64,000 nucleotides of DNA, from the NCBI GenBank assembly GCA_032718475.1, contig JAUCBJ010006842.1, forward strand, positions 62,001 to 126,000, read 5' to 3'. Every line of letters starts with the position of its first letter. Position 1 is the stretch's first letter. The notes beneath the pieces are model-generated. The model made no database searches. It was given only the letters and a program-made list of their open reading frames with translations, and was not told where the DNA came from. The stretch is from Nemertoderma westbladi (taxonomy: Eukaryota > Animalia > Xenacoelomorpha). Shown piece after piece: positions 13,620-24,138 of this stretch. The position numbers were made by a program, and so were the translations under genes.

Positions 13620-13770
13620 TACCGGTCGACCGGTAAACCTGAACCGGTACTTCTGTAGGTCAGTAGGCCCAACTGCCAGAACCGGTACTGCTGTAGGTCC
13701 GTAGGTCCAACTGCCAGAACCGGTACTTCTGTAGGTCTGTAGGCCCAACTGTCCTAACCGGTACTTCCAG
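13620..13770 (+). repeat. ~38-bp tandem repeat in the BEL leader
   Basis: 3-4 copies of aaccggtac(t/g)ctgtaggtcngtaggcccaactg. Confidence 0.85.
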
Positions 13771-13944
13771 TACAAGTATATTAGTATTATTTCGATTGTG
13801 ATCTATAGTATATTGTAGGCTGCCAGGGGAATAGGGATTGATCACCCCTCATTCTTTTGCATAGTTTACTTATTTCTGTCAGTTTTATTTCCTAGTAAGT
13901 TAATATTGAGCTGAAGACGTGTAAGTCTGCTCAGATTGTTCAGA

Positions 13945-14520
13945 TAATTGTAGGCCGGACTGTTGTCAGATTGTTGTTGGGTTTGGAGAGATTACTGCGT
14001 GTGTAGAGTTTGTCCGATAGAGTGCCAGTTAGTAAGTTGGGGCAGCCATAGCTGTAAGGTCAATCCCCTCTTAAAGAATAAGTCGTACTACCGTGTTAGA
14101 ACGCATACTAACTAACAATTTTGGAATCTGCACATACTGTAGTTTATTTAGGCTTGACAGTATTCTGCCAGCGTTTTGGCCTGTGTTTGTTTGTGTGGTC
14201 TGTTCAGGTACCGTAATAGTTATTACTCAGATATTTTGTAGGCTGGATTGTTGTCTAGCTATTATTAGGTCTGAAGAGATTGCTGCTTGTGTAGAGTTTG
14301 TCTGATGAAGTGCCAGTTAGTAAGTTGGGGCAGCCATAGCTGTAAGGTCAATCCCCTCTTAAAGAATAAGTCGTACTACCGTGTTAGAACGCATACTAAC
14401 TAACCGTTTTGGAATCTGCACATACAGTAGTTTATTTAGGCTTGGTGGTAGTCTGCCAGCGTTTTGGTCTGTATTTTGTTTGAGTATTCTGTGCGGGTAG
14501 CGTAATATTTATTATTCAGA
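13945..14520 (+). repeat. ~288-bp tandem duplication in the BEL leader
   Basis: gtgccagttagtaagttggggcagccatagc... at 14022 and 14310. Confidence 0.9.
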
Positions 14521-15454
14521 GTTTATGCGATTATTCGCAACATTCATGTCCCCAAGTTTATTCCTACAGTAATTGTGTTTGTTACATATACCGTTATAGT
14601 TAAATTAACCTCGGTACTACACGGGCTGCTTGGCGTAGGAAAAGACTGGTGACTTTGTGCTTCGGTCACTCCAGCAGATGCCGTGGTTCTTTTAACTGTT
14701 CAAGTATATTTAACTACTGATTATTTGTTGTACCAGTACTTGTACCTAATTTAGGGTTTAGTGTACAGTGCTTTCCGAAGTAATTAGTGTGTAGGCAGTA
14801 TATTTGTGTTGTAAAGTGGTTAATAGGCACGCTGGATCTGGTAGTCCGCGGTAATTAACTTCTAGGTAGGAACACTCCGTGATACATAACGTAGTACCTA
14901 TAGCGATACGGTTATAGGTCGTCAGGCGGTGGTATTTTCCTATCTGGACAACGCAGTGTATTTACTACTACTTATTATTTTCAAATACCGTAGTACCCTG
15001 TCCGTTGTAATAACCAGAAAATCTAACCCTTTGTTAGGCTGGTTTGTAGACTTCCTGTAAAATTACCCTAAAAATTCGTACGTAATATTTTTGTTGTGTT
15101 TAATTTGAGAATTAATCTCACCCGTATCGTAAGTAATTTGTAGATAAGTAACTTAGGAAGTAGAATTATCAGTTTTAGTGTCCAATAAATAGCACTTCAC
15201 GGAGAGCGCACAGCTTCTGTGTAGTGACTCCCCCAGAAATAATAACATTTATTTCAAATATTGACAAAACCCCTTTTAAACGGGTATATAAATATTATAA
15301 ATCAACTCAAACGATTTAGAAATAGTAGGCCTGCCATACAACAACTAGGTCTCAATATCAGTTGGACTACTGCTTAAATAACGGTAATAAAGTAAGTTAA
15401 AGTAACCAAGTAACCCTAAAATATTCAGAAATTCAATTATTCTAAAATAATTGA

Positions 15455-15720
15455 CATACCGGTATTTACCATAGGCTTATTATATTTATTTCTATAAATT
15501 TGTGCTGAAATCATACCGGTACTCTGTAATTAATTCTAGTTCATAATTATACTTATATATACTATCAGTGTAAGCTGTATACCGGTATTCACGATAGGCC
15601 TATTATATATTTATATATATTTGTGCTAAAATTATATACCGGTACTCTGTGACAAATCTAGTCTGTAATAATACTTATATATATACTATAAGCATACCGG
15701 TATTCTAATATATTATATAT
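15455..15720 (+). repeat. ~120-bp degenerate tandem repeat before gag
   Basis: Recurrent ataccggta...taggc...tattatatttat blocks. Confidence 0.7.
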
Positions 15721-15840
15721 ATATCACGCTACACTGAGTAGCAGTATCGGTAATTAATTGTTAGGCTAACAGTGATACTGAATTACTAGACTTACTTTAA
15801 CTGTATTTATAGCCGTAGGCATTCAACTGTGTAAACAAAC

Positions 15841-18800
15841 ATGTCAGACCCTAGGCTAGTAGAACAACGTAGGTCTATCATCGGCACTCGGGCCCAAGTC
15901 AAGCGGGATCAAGAAGCAGCTGTCAAACCGCAGCAACATCCTAGCCAAGAACCTAGTTCTCAGCGGCCCGATAGCTCCAGTAGTTCGGACACTGCTGAGC
16001 GGACACCCGAAAGCGGAGCGAAGATGGCGGATACGGTTTATGATGAGCGGCCAACCTATGAAGAATCAGTCGACGCCACTTCTTCTCAAGTGGAAAGCGA
16101 AGTGGAAAGCGAATTAACAGCAGCAGAGAAGCCGCGAACTAGAGACGCCATTGACATCTATCTGTCAGACTATCAGCGATTCATAGGAGACGAAGAGTTG
16201 AGGAGACGACTGTCTGGACTTCGCCCTAATAGTGAAGGAACCAAGCTTGTGTTGGACGCAATCGATGCGGAAATGTTAGCTGCGAACCAAGCTAAATTTG
16301 ATGAACGACTCCGCCTCGTTAGAGTCCAAGAAGAACAAATAAAGAAAAAACAGATAGAGGAACGAGGGGCAGCAGCAATAGCAGCGGCAATGGCAGAAGT
16401 AGAAGCAGAAAGAAAGGCAGCGGAAGTAGAAGCAAAAAGAAAGGCAGCGGGAGCAGAAGCAGAAAGAAAGGCGGCAGCGGCAATGGCAAAGGCAGTGGCA
16501 GAAGCAGAACGGAGAGCGTCTGAGGAGACTACCCAACTGGAGTTGGAAAATCTGCAAGAGACGCAAGACTACATAAATAAACAGCTAACTGCTAGTCAAA
16601 TGCAGATGATGAGACGATCTACTCCAAAACGCCAGGGATACACATCATCGGAGGAAAGCGAAACCACCGATCCTAAAGGCGGAGGAAATAGATCTCGTCT
16701 AAGCAGGCGTAGAAAAACATCTCACCGTCACAAATTGCCTGATTTGCCCCCAGCTGTTAGAAGACAGCTAGCTAGCACAGACTTAGGTAAACCCGCATAT
16801 CAAACTATTCAGGTCAAAAGACTCCCTACAATAGTTGATGAGCCTGAAATAATTAGGCCTGTCGTTCCCAAAGTCACTTCTGTGTTAGAGACCCCTGTAC
16901 TTCCAGAGCTTAACTCTAAATTCCCTTTACATAGTACTACACTGCCTGTACCCGGTAGAACAGTCCAAGAGAATATCCCTGTCCTGATAGCAGAGAGAGA
17001 AATCAAAGATTTGTCTCCCGTCGTCCAGCGTCGGCCCGCTACAATGTTGGCGACTCCCGCTTCGGCGGTCGAGTGGGTAGAGGAGGGACGGCGGGGGATG
17101 AACCTCCTGCTCGGACAGATGCAGGAGACTGTCCACCAACTTAAGGGAACAGTAAGGGAAGGTAGGGCAGAGTTGCAAGAAGTGCAGCAAAGTATCGCAC
17201 TGGAACGCGACAAGTTAGTCAATATACAAAAAGGGATACCAATACCCCCTGTAAAATTGTGTCAACCTGTTAGGTCTGAAGTATTACATGCGCAAGGTGT
17301 GGAGCCTACACGCATCTATACTGCTAGTGAAGTAGAAACTCCTATAGCAAACCCTATTAAGGGTGATTATAGATCTGTTGTTAATGATATTCCCTATAGA
17401 CCCGATAATGATCCGAGAAATTTATATACCGATAATTCGATATTAAATAACACGATGGCCCAAGAAAGCTTTACGCGTCAGATGGCTAGAACAGAAGCCC
17501 GCCAAGCGGTTAAAGTGGGAGAGATCGTCAAATTCAATGGAGATGAGATGAAATGGTTACCTTTCAACGAATATTACAAAGACAGCATACAGAACTCTGT
17601 GCTATCTAACGGAGAGAAACTTAGGTTCCTCATCAATTGCTTGGAAGGACCTCCCAGGTTAATGGCGTTAAAGTTTATTGGACATCCAGAAGGATTAAGA
17701 CAAGTATGGGATACATTAAACATCAGGTATGGTAACAAGGATAACATAGCTAAGTATTTGTATGCAAAATTAGTAGCCCCCCGACACTTCCTTAGTAGCG
17801 GGATTATAGAGTTTTCCGATGAAATTCAGGAGATCTGTAGACAATTGGACTGGTTAGGTAAGTCTCATGAATATCAGAGTTCCATGGTTATTGGAGCCGT
17901 AGTCTCTACTTTACCAAAGGGTGGAGTATGTACACGCTGGGACAAGAAAGTGTTGTACATGAATGAACAACAACGACGAAGTCCTACCATGGCTGATCTC
18001 ATGTCCTTCTTAGATAGTGAAGTAAAATTACAACTCATAAAGCAGTCCAGAGAGAAAACCTCGGAAAATAAGGTAAGTGAGAAACCCGTTTCTAGGAGAA
18101 GGATAATACCAGTGTGTTATACTGACGACGGCGAAAGCCAAGCCTCTCAAGAAGAGGACAGCGGGAAAGACACAGCAAAATCTTACTATGACAACAAGAC
18201 CTATAAAGACGTAAGCAAATACAAGTCTCGAACCAGTGACAGGAGAGAACAGGTAACAACAACTCGTCCTACGTCTCCTAAGATAATTTACGGAAGAAAG
18301 CCCGAAGAAAGAACGAGAGTGCATAACGTTACCCAAGGTAAGGTGAGTAACATCAAACCAAAATGTGCGCTGTGCGACGGGCCCCACCGTTTGAGTGCGT
18401 GTGCTGAATTTCTAAAGAAATCCCCTGTAGACAGACGTACAGTCCTGTGGAGTAAGCGGTTATGCTATAATTGCCTCAGATCAGGACACCAACGGCGAAC
18501 CTGTTACTCCGACGTAAAGTGTGCAAAGTGTGGCGCGAAACATCACATCTTGTTACACAGTGAGTTCGAACGAGACAACCCGAGTCAGGTAAGTGAGCCC
18601 GAACTACATGTCCAATTCAGTGATGTAAATGACACTGATCAAGAGTCTGAGATGGAAGGATTCTATACTGACGAATTCTCCGACGCCAACGAATCCTGTT
18701 ACCTAATAAATACCTCAGTGTATCGAGCACTTACTTATGAAAAGGACACCGACAATGAGTTCCCCCCAACTACTTTTGCCAGACAACCATCTTGGAAAGC

Positions 18801-19797
18801 TCCAACTTCCAACGTAGGAATCAGAGAATTTCCTGTAGTGCAGGTAAGAGTTCATGGTCCTAACAAAAGTTACATAGTGAACGCCCTCCTTGACTCCGGC
18901 AGCACAGGAACATTCATCGATCAAGAACTAGCCGAAGATATTTTTGCTGGACAACCCAAATTCCGGACTAAATTGAATATGTCAGGAATTATGCAGGTTT
19001 GGAAATCGACCCTAACGGCAGACTACTATGTAGGTGTGTTGTCCACCCCCCAGGATAAATTAGGAGCACAAGGTATAAGGTCGGTAAAAATGGTGGCTAT
19101 AAAGAACTTCGCTGCTACCCAAGCAGACCTTTATGATTGGGACGAGGATGAGAGCATCCAACATCTTAAGATACCTCGATTCCAGACAGATTATCCTGGA
19201 GTGCAAATACTCATCGGCCAAAACGCGCCTGAGGCGCTCGAGACATTGGAGAAACGGCCTGCTCAACCGCAGCCACTACAAACCTATGCGGTAAGAACTA
19301 GAGTAGGTTGGTACTTCACTGGCCCTTCCCGTAGAACTCTCAAAGAGAGATTACCTCAACAACAGGTATACCAAGTAAAGGAATGGGAAGTGGAGAGCAG
19401 TGATGTGGACGATCCAACTGAGGGAACACCATACTCATCAGATAATGACGCTATTAACTCCAATGTAGATCAATGGAGACATTGCCTTGGGACGATTAAT
19501 CCAGCCGACATCGCTTCCAGAGGAGCAACTCCTCAAGAACTGATAGATAATCCAGGCTGGTTAGGTGGATCCGACTTCTTAAGTAAAGAAGAAGGAGAAT
19601 GGCCTCCTCATCTTACCCCGGTGAAGATTAGACAGGCCAAGGGAGCGGAGAAAGTAACACAACAACTAAATCGCCCAGCTAGTCGTTTATGTTTACTGGA
19701 AAGAGACCGAAAACTGTCCGGAAACTATGGAAGGCAAGATACTCTTCCTACGACCACTTCCCTAATCCGACAAATATCTAGGGACTCCATAACGTAA
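15841..19797 (+). CDS. gag: BEL/Pao Gag-aspartic protease polyprotein with vestigial RNase H end and integrase tail, 1318 aa
   Basis: KFNGDEMKWLPF...LSNGEKLRFLINCLEG (BEL capsid-like). Triple knuckle CALCDGPHRLSAC, CYNCLRSGHQRRTC, CAKCGAKHHILLH. Protease ALLDSGS, ILIGQN, RTRVGWYFTGP. Then QWRHCLGTINPADIASRG and LNRPASRLCLLE. No internal stops. Confidence 0.92.
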   Translation: MSDPRLVEQRRSIIGTRAQVKRDQEAAVKPQQHPSQEPSSQRPDSSSSSDTAERTPESGAKMADTVYDERPTYEESVDATSSQVESEVESELTAAEKPRTRDAIDIYLSDYQRFIGDEELRRRLSGLRPNSEGTKLVLDAIDAEMLAANQAKFDERLRLVRVQEEQIKKKQIEERGAAAIAAAMAEVEAERKAAEVEAKRKAAGAEAERKAAAAMAKAVAEAERRASEETTQLELENLQETQDYINKQLTASQMQMMRRSTPKRQGYTSSEESETTDPKGGGNRSRLSRRRKTSHRHKLPDLPPAVRRQLASTDLGKPAYQTIQVKRLPTIVDEPEIIRPVVPKVTSVLETPVLPELNSKFPLHSTTLPVPGRTVQENIPVLIAEREIKDLSPVVQRRPATMLATPASAVEWVEEGRRGMNLLLGQMQETVHQLKGTVREGRAELQEVQQSIALERDKLVNIQKGIPIPPVKLCQPVRSEVLHAQGVEPTRIYTASEVETPIANPIKGDYRSVVNDIPYRPDNDPRNLYTDNSILNNTMAQESFTRQMARTEARQAVKVGEIVKFNGDEMKWLPFNEYYKDSIQNSVLSNGEKLRFLINCLEGPPRLMALKFIGHPEGLRQVWDTLNIRYGNKDNIAKYLYAKLVAPRHFLSSGIIEFSDEIQEICRQLDWLGKSHEYQSSMVIGAVVSTLPKGGVCTRWDKKVLYMNEQQRRSPTMADLMSFLDSEVKLQLIKQSREKTSENKVSEKPVSRRRIIPVCYTDDGESQASQEEDSGKDTAKSYYDNKTYKDVSKYKSRTSDRREQVTTTRPTSPKIIYGRKPEERTRVHNVTQGKVSNIKPKCALCDGPHRLSACAEFLKKSPVDRRTVLWSKRLCYNCLRSGHQRRTCYSDVKCAKCGAKHHILLHSEFERDNPSQVSEPELHVQFSDVNDTDQESEMEGFYTDEFSDANESCYLINTSVYRALTYEKDTDNEFPPTTFARQPSWKAPTSNVGIREFPVVQVRVHGPNKSYIVNALLDSGSTGTFIDQELAEDIFAGQPKFRTKLNMSGIMQVWKSTLTADYYVGVLSTPQDKLGAQGIRSVKMVAIKNFAATQADLYDWDEDESIQHLKIPRFQTDYPGVQILIGQNAPEALETLEKRPAQPQPLQTYAVRTRVGWYFTGPSRRTLKERLPQQQVYQVKEWEVESSDVDDPTEGTPYSSDNDAINSNVDQWRHCLGTINPADIASRGATPQELIDNPGWLGGSDFLSKEEGEWPPHLTPVKIRQAKGAEKVTQQLNRPASRLCLLERDRKLSGNYGRQDTLPTTTSLIRQISRDSIT

Positions 19798-21425
19798 TAA
19801 CATATGGAGTGGGCATGTGACTATATCATTTTATATTTGTTTTTATTTTATATTTATGTATGTATTATTATGTAATTTTATTATAATCGTTTTCTTTAAT
19901 TTTATTTAGTAGAATGTTATTTTAGTGATTATTTAGTAGATTAGTGCAATATATTAGTGTTTATTACGTACGCAATTACGTATAATATATATTTAGTGCG
20001 ACGGCGAGAAATAATTATTTTTCTCTTTCCTTACTGTCCGTATCATATTATAAATACGTGACTACAGTAAGATGAAATGTCCGTACTTATTAAAGTACAA
20101 TAAAGCCACTACTATATTCAAGTATTATTGGTAGGCAGAGTATTAGGAATGCAAAGTTCAGATCCTCGTGTCTCGGCTAAACTAAGCTCTGGGTAGACCT
20201 TGGAAACGACTTGCCTCTTCACACTGACATTGCTTCGTGCGATATTGCTCTCATACCATATATAATAATACATGTAGTAGCGTGATGTCCCTATAACAGT
20301 AGCGTAAAACGCAAATAAATCTGTTAAACCTTTTGACCATCTGTAATTCTAGTCGATTAAGATATCGCGGTACCCACCGATATACTTGAAAGACAAATTC
20401 TAGAATCAGTGGTTAACGTCCCCAGACAAGCTCTGGAATAAATCGGTGCCCATCTTAAATATTAATTTAATATTTAGTAAAATCTGTAAAATTCAGATCC
20501 GTTAACAATTCTAGTCGATTAAGATATCGTAGCACTTACCGATACTCTTAAAAGACAAATTTCATAGAATTAAGGATCCTATGTCCCCAGACCTGCTCTG
20601 GAATCAAATTGTGTCAATTTTAACATCAAATAATAAAATTCATGGGAATAAATTTAAATTCATATTTTAAATGAATTTCATAAATTGTCGTTTTATGCAA
20701 TTTATAACATTCCCAAAATTCCATTAATTAATAGATCATGGGAGCGGAGATTCATCCTATTGAGTGTATTAGAGTGCGAGAATCTCCAACATATAGTCAA
20801 TAGCCGATAAAATTAATAAAATCATGTATAAAGAGGATATTGACAATTAAAGAATTATTATTAAATAGCATCCCAGATCTGTATGCATGAGAATTACTCT
20901 AATTCTACCGCTAGCTTTCCATAATGTCACCATAGTAACACCCACGCTAGAATTAGAAGCAAGTTAAGAGAACAATAGAAAGCTTGTCCCATTGCATAGC
21001 ATAGAGAATACATAGCACACTGTTAGTATCCAAGGATACACAGTAATAACGTGACATTCTGGAAGGCACTGACTAACGGACAAATGGCCTGTATGTGTAC
21101 AATTGGTGACAGTTGTGTGGAATTTGTGCGTTTGTAGGTGAATGTTACTGCTAAGGTGTGTTTACAGTAGCTAGTCGCAATTGTGAAAGTAGCCCAACTC
21201 TCCTATAGAAAGAACCTAAAGTGGATTCAAGCCTTTGGGACGGACAGTGGAGTGACTTGTGCCGGTTATCGTTGTCGTGATGTTGCTACATGTTGGCGTA
21301 AACACCGCGACGACGGTACATCGGCGCTGAGAATCCCACTGTCCGGGGGCGAAGAGAGGTAGGCAGCGACGCCCGCTCGCCTAAACATAAACTCATTACA
21401 ATATTAATAAACTCAGATAGCAGAT

Positions 21426-22893
21426 ATGACGGAGTTGATAGAAGATGATCTTGGTATCAGGGAGCGATATACTCTACCTTTACAAGCATTTGTGGATAGC
21501 TTGATATGCGGTGAAGCCGATCCAACCATTACGGAGGACGATGGTCGTTATATCGAACCGCCGATGTCCCAAGAGCAACTTACGCGTGAATTGGACTATC
21601 GAAAATTCACCGCTCGCTATACGCATCGTAATGGTATGTATATGGACTTCCTAACTACCGGCCATCCTATCGATTTACATGATACGGACGATGTAGACAC
21701 CGAAAGGGAAATGGTTCTATTTAAATATCATACCCAGCGGAGTCGTAACGATAAACCGAGAATAGATCACGAAAATTCTATTCGTAACAGACTGGGAAGA
21801 CGAACCAATATGCCTAGAATCTGAGGAGATTCAACCTATCGCGCCCAGAACAGCGACAACGATTACATCCTAGAATGGTATCAAGGTCCACAGTGTCTCA
21901 CTGCGTACAATTATCGCCATGCCAACTATGTTTCTCGGCAACGTTGTCGGTTATGCGCATCGAGAGACCATGTTACGCCCATGGACACAAACGTCGTCCG
22001 CTGTTCCTATTTCCACGAACAACCGGCGATGGAAATTTATTGCGCGTATTGCAGACTCAATAACTTGCACATTTTTGCGGTTTGCCCTCAATTTATGACT
22101 CAATGTCACCATTGTCAACTAAAGGGACACGCCAGTTTCGATTGCCCTTTTAATCACGATTTGGAAAGCGTAGATGAAATGATCACACTACGTTACATCA
22201 GAGCTTGGGAAGCGAACGCTGATTTACATTGTGATTCGCGCCATCGTTATTATCCTGGACGCGCTTACGAAGGAATTTATGCGTTCCATCCTTATCTATT
22301 CGCTTCTGTCGAACAGAAATCACGCATATCGAGTTACGAACTACTGAAGCGCGTCGGAGAATGTATTTCAACCAAGTTCGTACGCAAATTTCTCAGGAGT
22401 GTTAATCCTAGCGACCTTCATTCCTATAACTTAATCAATTATATCCGTCAGGATCCGGACTATGGAGACTTATTTGTTAACTCACACCCCGAGTTACAGG
22501 AAGTGTATCGAAGCCCGCAAACGCGAGTTGGAAAGAACCATTAAACCCAGGAGGTTTCTGACTGCCTATGGTCCACCCACAGCTCTCGTTCAGACCACTC
22601 GTAAAGGACCCGTCAGAGCGGCTGTCCTAAAACGCGCTCTCAAGGCCGTTAAACCCCTCTCCCCCGACGTTGCACTTCGACTGGCGGATACACCGACCAT
22701 AATCCGACACCCTCTGATGCAATCATATTGCACCCTTCACCCAGGAGTTATAGCCCTCCTTGTAAAGTGGCTCGCCCCAAAGAGAAAAAGACTCTGGCCA
22801 GCTTTAAAAAACTGCGTAAACGCCGTCCGCGCAAGAAAGACTAACTGTTTAGAGTATTTACATATATTAGAAACTGTGATTTTTGTATATTAA
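21426..22893 (+). CDS. Accessory ORF with three CCHC-like zinc motifs (one in-frame TGA, one probable frameshift)
   Basis: 21426-21824 and 21981-22544 share a frame, and the only stop between them is TGA 21822-21824. Motifs CRLC..H..C, CAYC...H....C, CHHCQLKGHASFDC. Overlapping ORF 22462-22893 continues in another frame. Confidence 0.65.
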
Positions 22894-22914
22894 TAGACTC
22901 AAATCCCATTTTCT

Positions 22915-22925
22915 GGGAGCGGTGT
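22915..22925 (+). promoter_or_regulatory. Polypurine-tract-like motif followed by TGT
   Basis: GGGAGCGG-TGT just after the accessory ORF. A similar GGAGTGGGCA-TGT follows the gag-pro ORF at ~19806. Confidence 0.55.
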
Positions 22926-23017
22926 AAAAGCTTCTGTGGGATATAACTGGCCCTTTTGCTTTGCAATCCAGTTCCCCCCCAGGCGCTGGAATACTCTAAA
23001 AAGCTCTCTAACTCGAA

Positions 23018-24138
23018 TGATGCAAAGCGACCGGCTGATTGGCTGATTTGTTATACGAGGGGCTCTTTACTATGTTCTATCGGCCAACCAGAGCTATAGC
23101 AGCAGAGGATGCAAACAGGGCAACCGAGCGGAGTGACTCATTTTGTGTGTTGGCCAAGGGCTGCAAAAATCCTGATAGTTCGGCATTTAGATATTCGTGG
23201 AACCTGTGGAATCTGGTGTTCTGCCAATGAGAGCGATTCCTCTCTGTGTAAAAAGATACCTGCAACGGTGTTGGAGTCAGAGAGTGTTTTTGTTACTTTG
23301 TGTTATTGCTATCTAGGCCAGGAACAACGGCTCTAGAGTCAATTCGTTTTCATACTTTAGAAGAAACATTAGTAGGCTTAAATTATAGAGCGTATAACTG
23401 TTATCAGTGCAGTCTTGTCACATCTTGTCATATCATATCTTAACATACCGTCTTAATGCTGTTTACTGTTGTGTTTTGGTTGAATATTATTTGGAGAACA
23501 TATATAAAGAACCCAAATTTCCCAATTTTCTTGATACACTACAGGTTAGAGAGACGGGTTATATACAGCGATTGCGACTTATATTATTGTGTATGTAGTG
23601 AATTTAATGCTATTTGATAAGCACTACATTGGTCCGTTACTGTTCTCTTTATATATGATAAAATTCATTGACGGTCGGCAAATTAGTGGGCAGTATTGTA
23701 TGTTACCGGTAGTGTGCATGATTGTGACTGATAACTAGGCATTTCCTAAAGAATGCGCCTCATACGTGAATCTTAAGCCTTACCGACTTGCCGTTGTGAT
23801 TAGTATAAGTCATATCTCTGTTTACCTAGATAGAGCACCACGTCCTAAAGGAACTGCTAATATTTCCCGAAAGTGAATAATATTAGTCAGAAATTAATTA
23901 TTAACGATCAATCGAATAATACAATACAGTAAGCTTACACTGCAATAATAATCTAAGCCCTCAGAATCCAGTCTCCCGGGAATATCCAGCGGGTGAATGG
24001 ACGCGCACTAGGCTGGCTTCTGCTAATGTTGTGTTTATTGGTATTAAATATTTGTCATCTTCTAAAGTCTATTTATAAACCAAAAGACATATAAATTTTG
24101 GCAGGTTAAACTGCTAAAGGTCTTCAAAAGCGCGTACA
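23018..24138 (+). repeat. 3' LTR-like direct repeat (true LTR may begin at 22923)
   Basis: Near-identical copy of 12455-13575. A PPT-like GGGAGCGG followed by TGT lies 95 bp upstream. Confidence 0.95.

Larger units (their letters stand above)
12455..24138 (+). mobile_element. BEL/Pao-derived non-autonomous LTR retroelement (Gag-protease only, plus accessory ORF)
   Basis: 1121-bp direct repeats at offset 10563 enclose a BEL-type gag-pro ORF. No RT or integrase core motifs anywhere inside. Confidence 0.9.

Noticed and set aside
14301-14345. Possible hammerhead ribozyme (CTGATGA), i.e. a retrozyme
   Set aside because: No downstream GAAA/stem II, and the duplicate copy at ~14012 lacks the motif.
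21822-21824. Selenocysteine or programmed read-through at the accessory ORF TGA
   Set aside because: No canonical TGA-CTA context or identifiable SECIS. A point mutation is simpler unless the stop is conserved in other copies.
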